Below, piece by piece: positions 61,161 to 64,000 of a DNA stretch of 64,000 nucleotides. Positions within the stretch are counted from its first letter, which is position 1; each line of letters begins with the position of its first letter. The stretch comes from Minutocellus sp. GHC0000111 (taxonomy: Eukaryota): assembly GCA_977018835.1 (NCBI GenBank), contig OZ361256.1, positions 744,001-808,000 of the forward strand. Reading direction: 5' to 3'. The notes under the pieces were generated by a model. The model was not told the DNA's origin, searched no databases, and worked only from the letters and a program-made list of their open reading frames with translations. A program made the translations under genes and the position numbers.

Positions 61161-63075
61161 CACGAAGACGGCGAAGAACAAGAATCGGAAATACAAACAC
61201 CGATCGAACAACCACGCTACAACCTCCGCACTCGCAAGAGGAAGCATGATCTCTTCGCCGCGTACGCCGTCTTTCAAGATGCCTTCGACACCGAACCAGA
61301 CCCAACGCTCACGGCGCTCTCTACGGCAACAACGGAAAACGACAACCATCCGGTTGCAATGTACCTCCCGGAGCCGACCACATTCCACGCCGTCCTGAGA
61401 CAACCGCCGGAGAAACAAAAGCATGGTTACACGCGATCGAATCAGAACTCAAGAATCTAATTCTTGACAACAAAACGTTCAAGCTCGAACTACCAGTACC
61501 CGACGAACGAGTAATACCAACAAAGCTCGTACTCAAAGCAAAATCACTCGCAAACGGTCTTCTCGACAAATTGAAAGCACGCGTTGTAGCAAGGGGAGAT
61601 CTTCAAAAGGATAATGAATGGCAAGATACTTGGAGTGCATGTGCCTCCACAAGAACAGTGAAGCTATTCCTGGCTCTCGCCACTTCCATGAAGAGAAGAG
61701 TACGTCAAGGAGATTTTGTCGGTGCATATTTACAAGCAAAAATCAGGAACAAGAGAATATTCGTACGACTAGATGCCAGATACCAGCAATACTTCCCAGA
61801 ACTAGCAGAATGGTTTGGAAGGCCGTTACTTTTGGATAAAGGAATTTACGGATCAGCTACTAGCGGTAAGTTTTGGAACGAGGAGTTCACCGAGTGGTTG
61901 CTGAGCGAAAATTTCCATCAATCATCAGCTGACACCACTTATTTCATCAAATATTACCCCGATGGCTCCTGGATCAGACTTATCTTCTACGTAGACGATT
62001 GCCTATATTTTGGATCCGATGATAAGGTGGAGAAACTATTCGAACGAAGTCTCAAAGGAAAGTTCAATATAGATTTCAATGGGCAAGCAAATTGGTTCCT
62101 CCACATGAGGATCCACCAATACGAAGACTTCTCCATATCCATCGACCAAACAAGATACACCAAAGTACTCTTACGCAAGTATTGCCCAGATGATGCACCA
62201 TTTGGTATCCCAAAGCATAGAAGCACCCCAGCACCACCTACATATCTATACAGCAAAGATAACAGGCCAGATGAAAATGAAAAGATTAAATTGGCAAAAG
62301 ACTATCACGGTTTAGATTTTAGGTCTGCTGTATGCTCATTACTATATCTAGCCCTAGGTACCAGAGGAGACATCCTTTTTATCGTGAACAAGCTTGCTAA
62401 AGCTTGTACTAATCCAGGACGCAAGGACTTTGAAGCATTACTCTGGCTTTTCGGATATCTACGCTCCGAACAATCCTGGGGATCAAAATTTTATTCTCAC
62501 ATCAAAGAAAGTCCAGTATATGACATACTGACGAAGCAAGAACCATCAAGTCCGAACTTGTCGTCTTCACCGATGCATCATGGCAAGATTGTCCAGATAC
62601 GGGGCGATCGACCACAGGATATCTGATATTCTATCGAGGTGGAGTAGTGGAAGCTAACTCCATGCTACAGGTACCCATAGCTATGAGCAGCTGTGAAGCC
62701 GAAGTAATGGCCGCATGCTCAGGATGCATGGCGGCAGCGCACCTCCACATGTTATTATATGACATGAAATATCTCGGCACAAAACACTACAACAACGCTC
62801 AATTGGCACTACCAAATCCACCAACCATCATCATGGTGGACAACCAAGCTGCGTGCAGAATGTCAATGAACGACAAACTTACCAAACACACGCGACATAT
62901 ATCACGCTGATATCACTATGTACGCCAAGGAGCGAAGATGAAACTCCATACCATCAACTGGTGCCCCGGTGATGACATGCTCGCCGACATCATGACAAAG
63001 AGCACGGACCCGGCAAAGACAACGCCGCACCGAGAGCGCGCTTACTTCAAATTGCCGAATTTCTTGGAAGAATAA
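61161..63075 (+). pseudogene. Copia reverse transcriptase and RNase H
   Basis: PEPTTFHAV, AWLHAIESEL, KARVVARGD, DFVGAYLQ, YVDD and RNase H motifs. Frameshifts near 61420 and 62545, TGA at 62908-62910 (HISR*YHYVR). Confidence 0.92.
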
Positions 63076-64000
63076 AGCAGAAAACGAAGTGAAACATAAA
63101 CATCATATGGCAAAAAGACTTGATCGAGCCGGCCTGCCTCGCTTACGTCCCCACTCTAGACACATTCAAGGTTGGGGACATCGAAGGTCCGGCTCGAAAA
63201 TTCCGCACACAGGCCGAGCTATCGAGGGGGAAAAATCACGCACAAAAAACGATGACGACGCACGAAAATTTGCTCTCATTGGCGGCCGATTCGGGGGCGG
63301 ATACGAACAAAAACCACAACAATCAACCATACAAACGTTTTCATACATATCTTGGGCGTGTGCAGGGCTGTCGATGGCCACGATGCTACTCTCAGGCATT
63401 AGGCATTGGGACCATCTAGAGTCTAGAAATAGCCAAGTAAGCCACTCTGTTTCAACTAGATCTAGATCTACTACGCTTAGTGAGAATGGCGGTGAATTCG
63501 AATACATGTATGTATGTACCGTGGTGCCGACCAACAAAGAGCAAGGATGATGTCGATGGACACGGCATCGTTCGAAAGATACTGGTGGAAGGCAGAACGG
63601 GCGACGCGAGGCAGATCAAGGTCGAACCCTGCACATTGATATTCTTTTCCGGCGCCCATAATGACATTGTTGGCTTGAAGTGTCATGCAGCAGCAGATGT
63701 TTCACCTCGGCCTCGCTCATGTTTCTTTACAGGAAAAAACTGGGCTCATTCTCTGAGCCCCCCTCAAAGCAAGGCATCCACGCAGCATCTAGGCGCATCC
63801 ATCTGCCACTACGTAGCAACTTCTACTTTGCTACGAGCTCGTAACTAAGCAGCAGATCAGTGGGCAGAATGGAAGACACCGTGCCGGCCGATGCGGAGGG
63901 TGAGGTGCCCGCCGACGTCGTCGCTGCTGTTGCCTCGGCCTCCAACGACGACGACAATGTCACCCCGACGTGCGAGGAAAACGGTTCGAGATCCAGCAAC

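Larger units (their letters stand above)
48164..63075 (+). mobile_element. Giant degenerate Ty1/Copia LTR retrotransposon (gag-PR-IN-chromo-RT-RH)
   Basis: Zinc knuckle CYVCNGPHYARDC (52667-52705), protease WLPDSGATDH (~57900), integrase HARFGH...CEGC and D/D/E in YIDII, RGDAD, SVCE, chromo-like domain (~59556-59720), RT LKARVVARGD...FYVDD, RNase H FTDASW...SSCEAE...DNQAA...ADIMTK. Copia domain order, with many stops and frameshifts. Confidence 0.93.

Noticed and set aside
61125..61424. N-terminal 100 aa of the listed 537-aa minus ORF as part of the RLE protein
   Set aside because: Most of it lies outside the direct repeat and is the codon-aligned antisense shadow of the Copia pol linker.

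Overview
Eukaryotic nuclear DNA, most likely from a diatom (inferred from short GT-AG introns, ASAF-type bipartite plastid presequences, a membrane-anchored SET-like protein and a chromo-bearing Copia element). Positions 1-46.7 kb are gene-dense: DDX51-like and MSS116-like DEAD-box helicases, an intron-containing tRNA-Tyr, a SET-like protein, a PKDCC-like kinase, a PPR protein, REV3, INTS6 with a WW domain, a quinone oxidoreductase, an Asp/Asn beta-hydroxylase, a trypsin-like protease, a Cys/His-repeat membrane protein, a GFA/CENP-V protein and an ABC1K kinase with a 14-nt micro-exon. Several of these host genes carry in-frame stops or frameshifts. DNA-transposon material includes two near-identical 1.5 kb Sola-like non-autonomous elements with 4-bp TSDs, a TA-flanked MITE built from palindromic units, and a Transib/RAG1-like transposase remnant. 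Positions 48.2-63.1 kb hold an unusually large, decaying Ty1/Copia element whose reconstructed gag-pol is about 4,300 codons, with about seven KOW/SH3-like modules between the zinc knuckle and the protease. Its integrase-RT linker contains an antisense, intact 437-aa ORF with a CCHC finger and a restriction-like endonuclease (RLE) but no RT. A 10-bp direct repeat brackets this insert, and removing the insert restores the pol frame. The giant Copia with its stand-alone RLE cassette is the best candidate for an undescribed system. All family assignments are motif recognition by eye; no searches were run.
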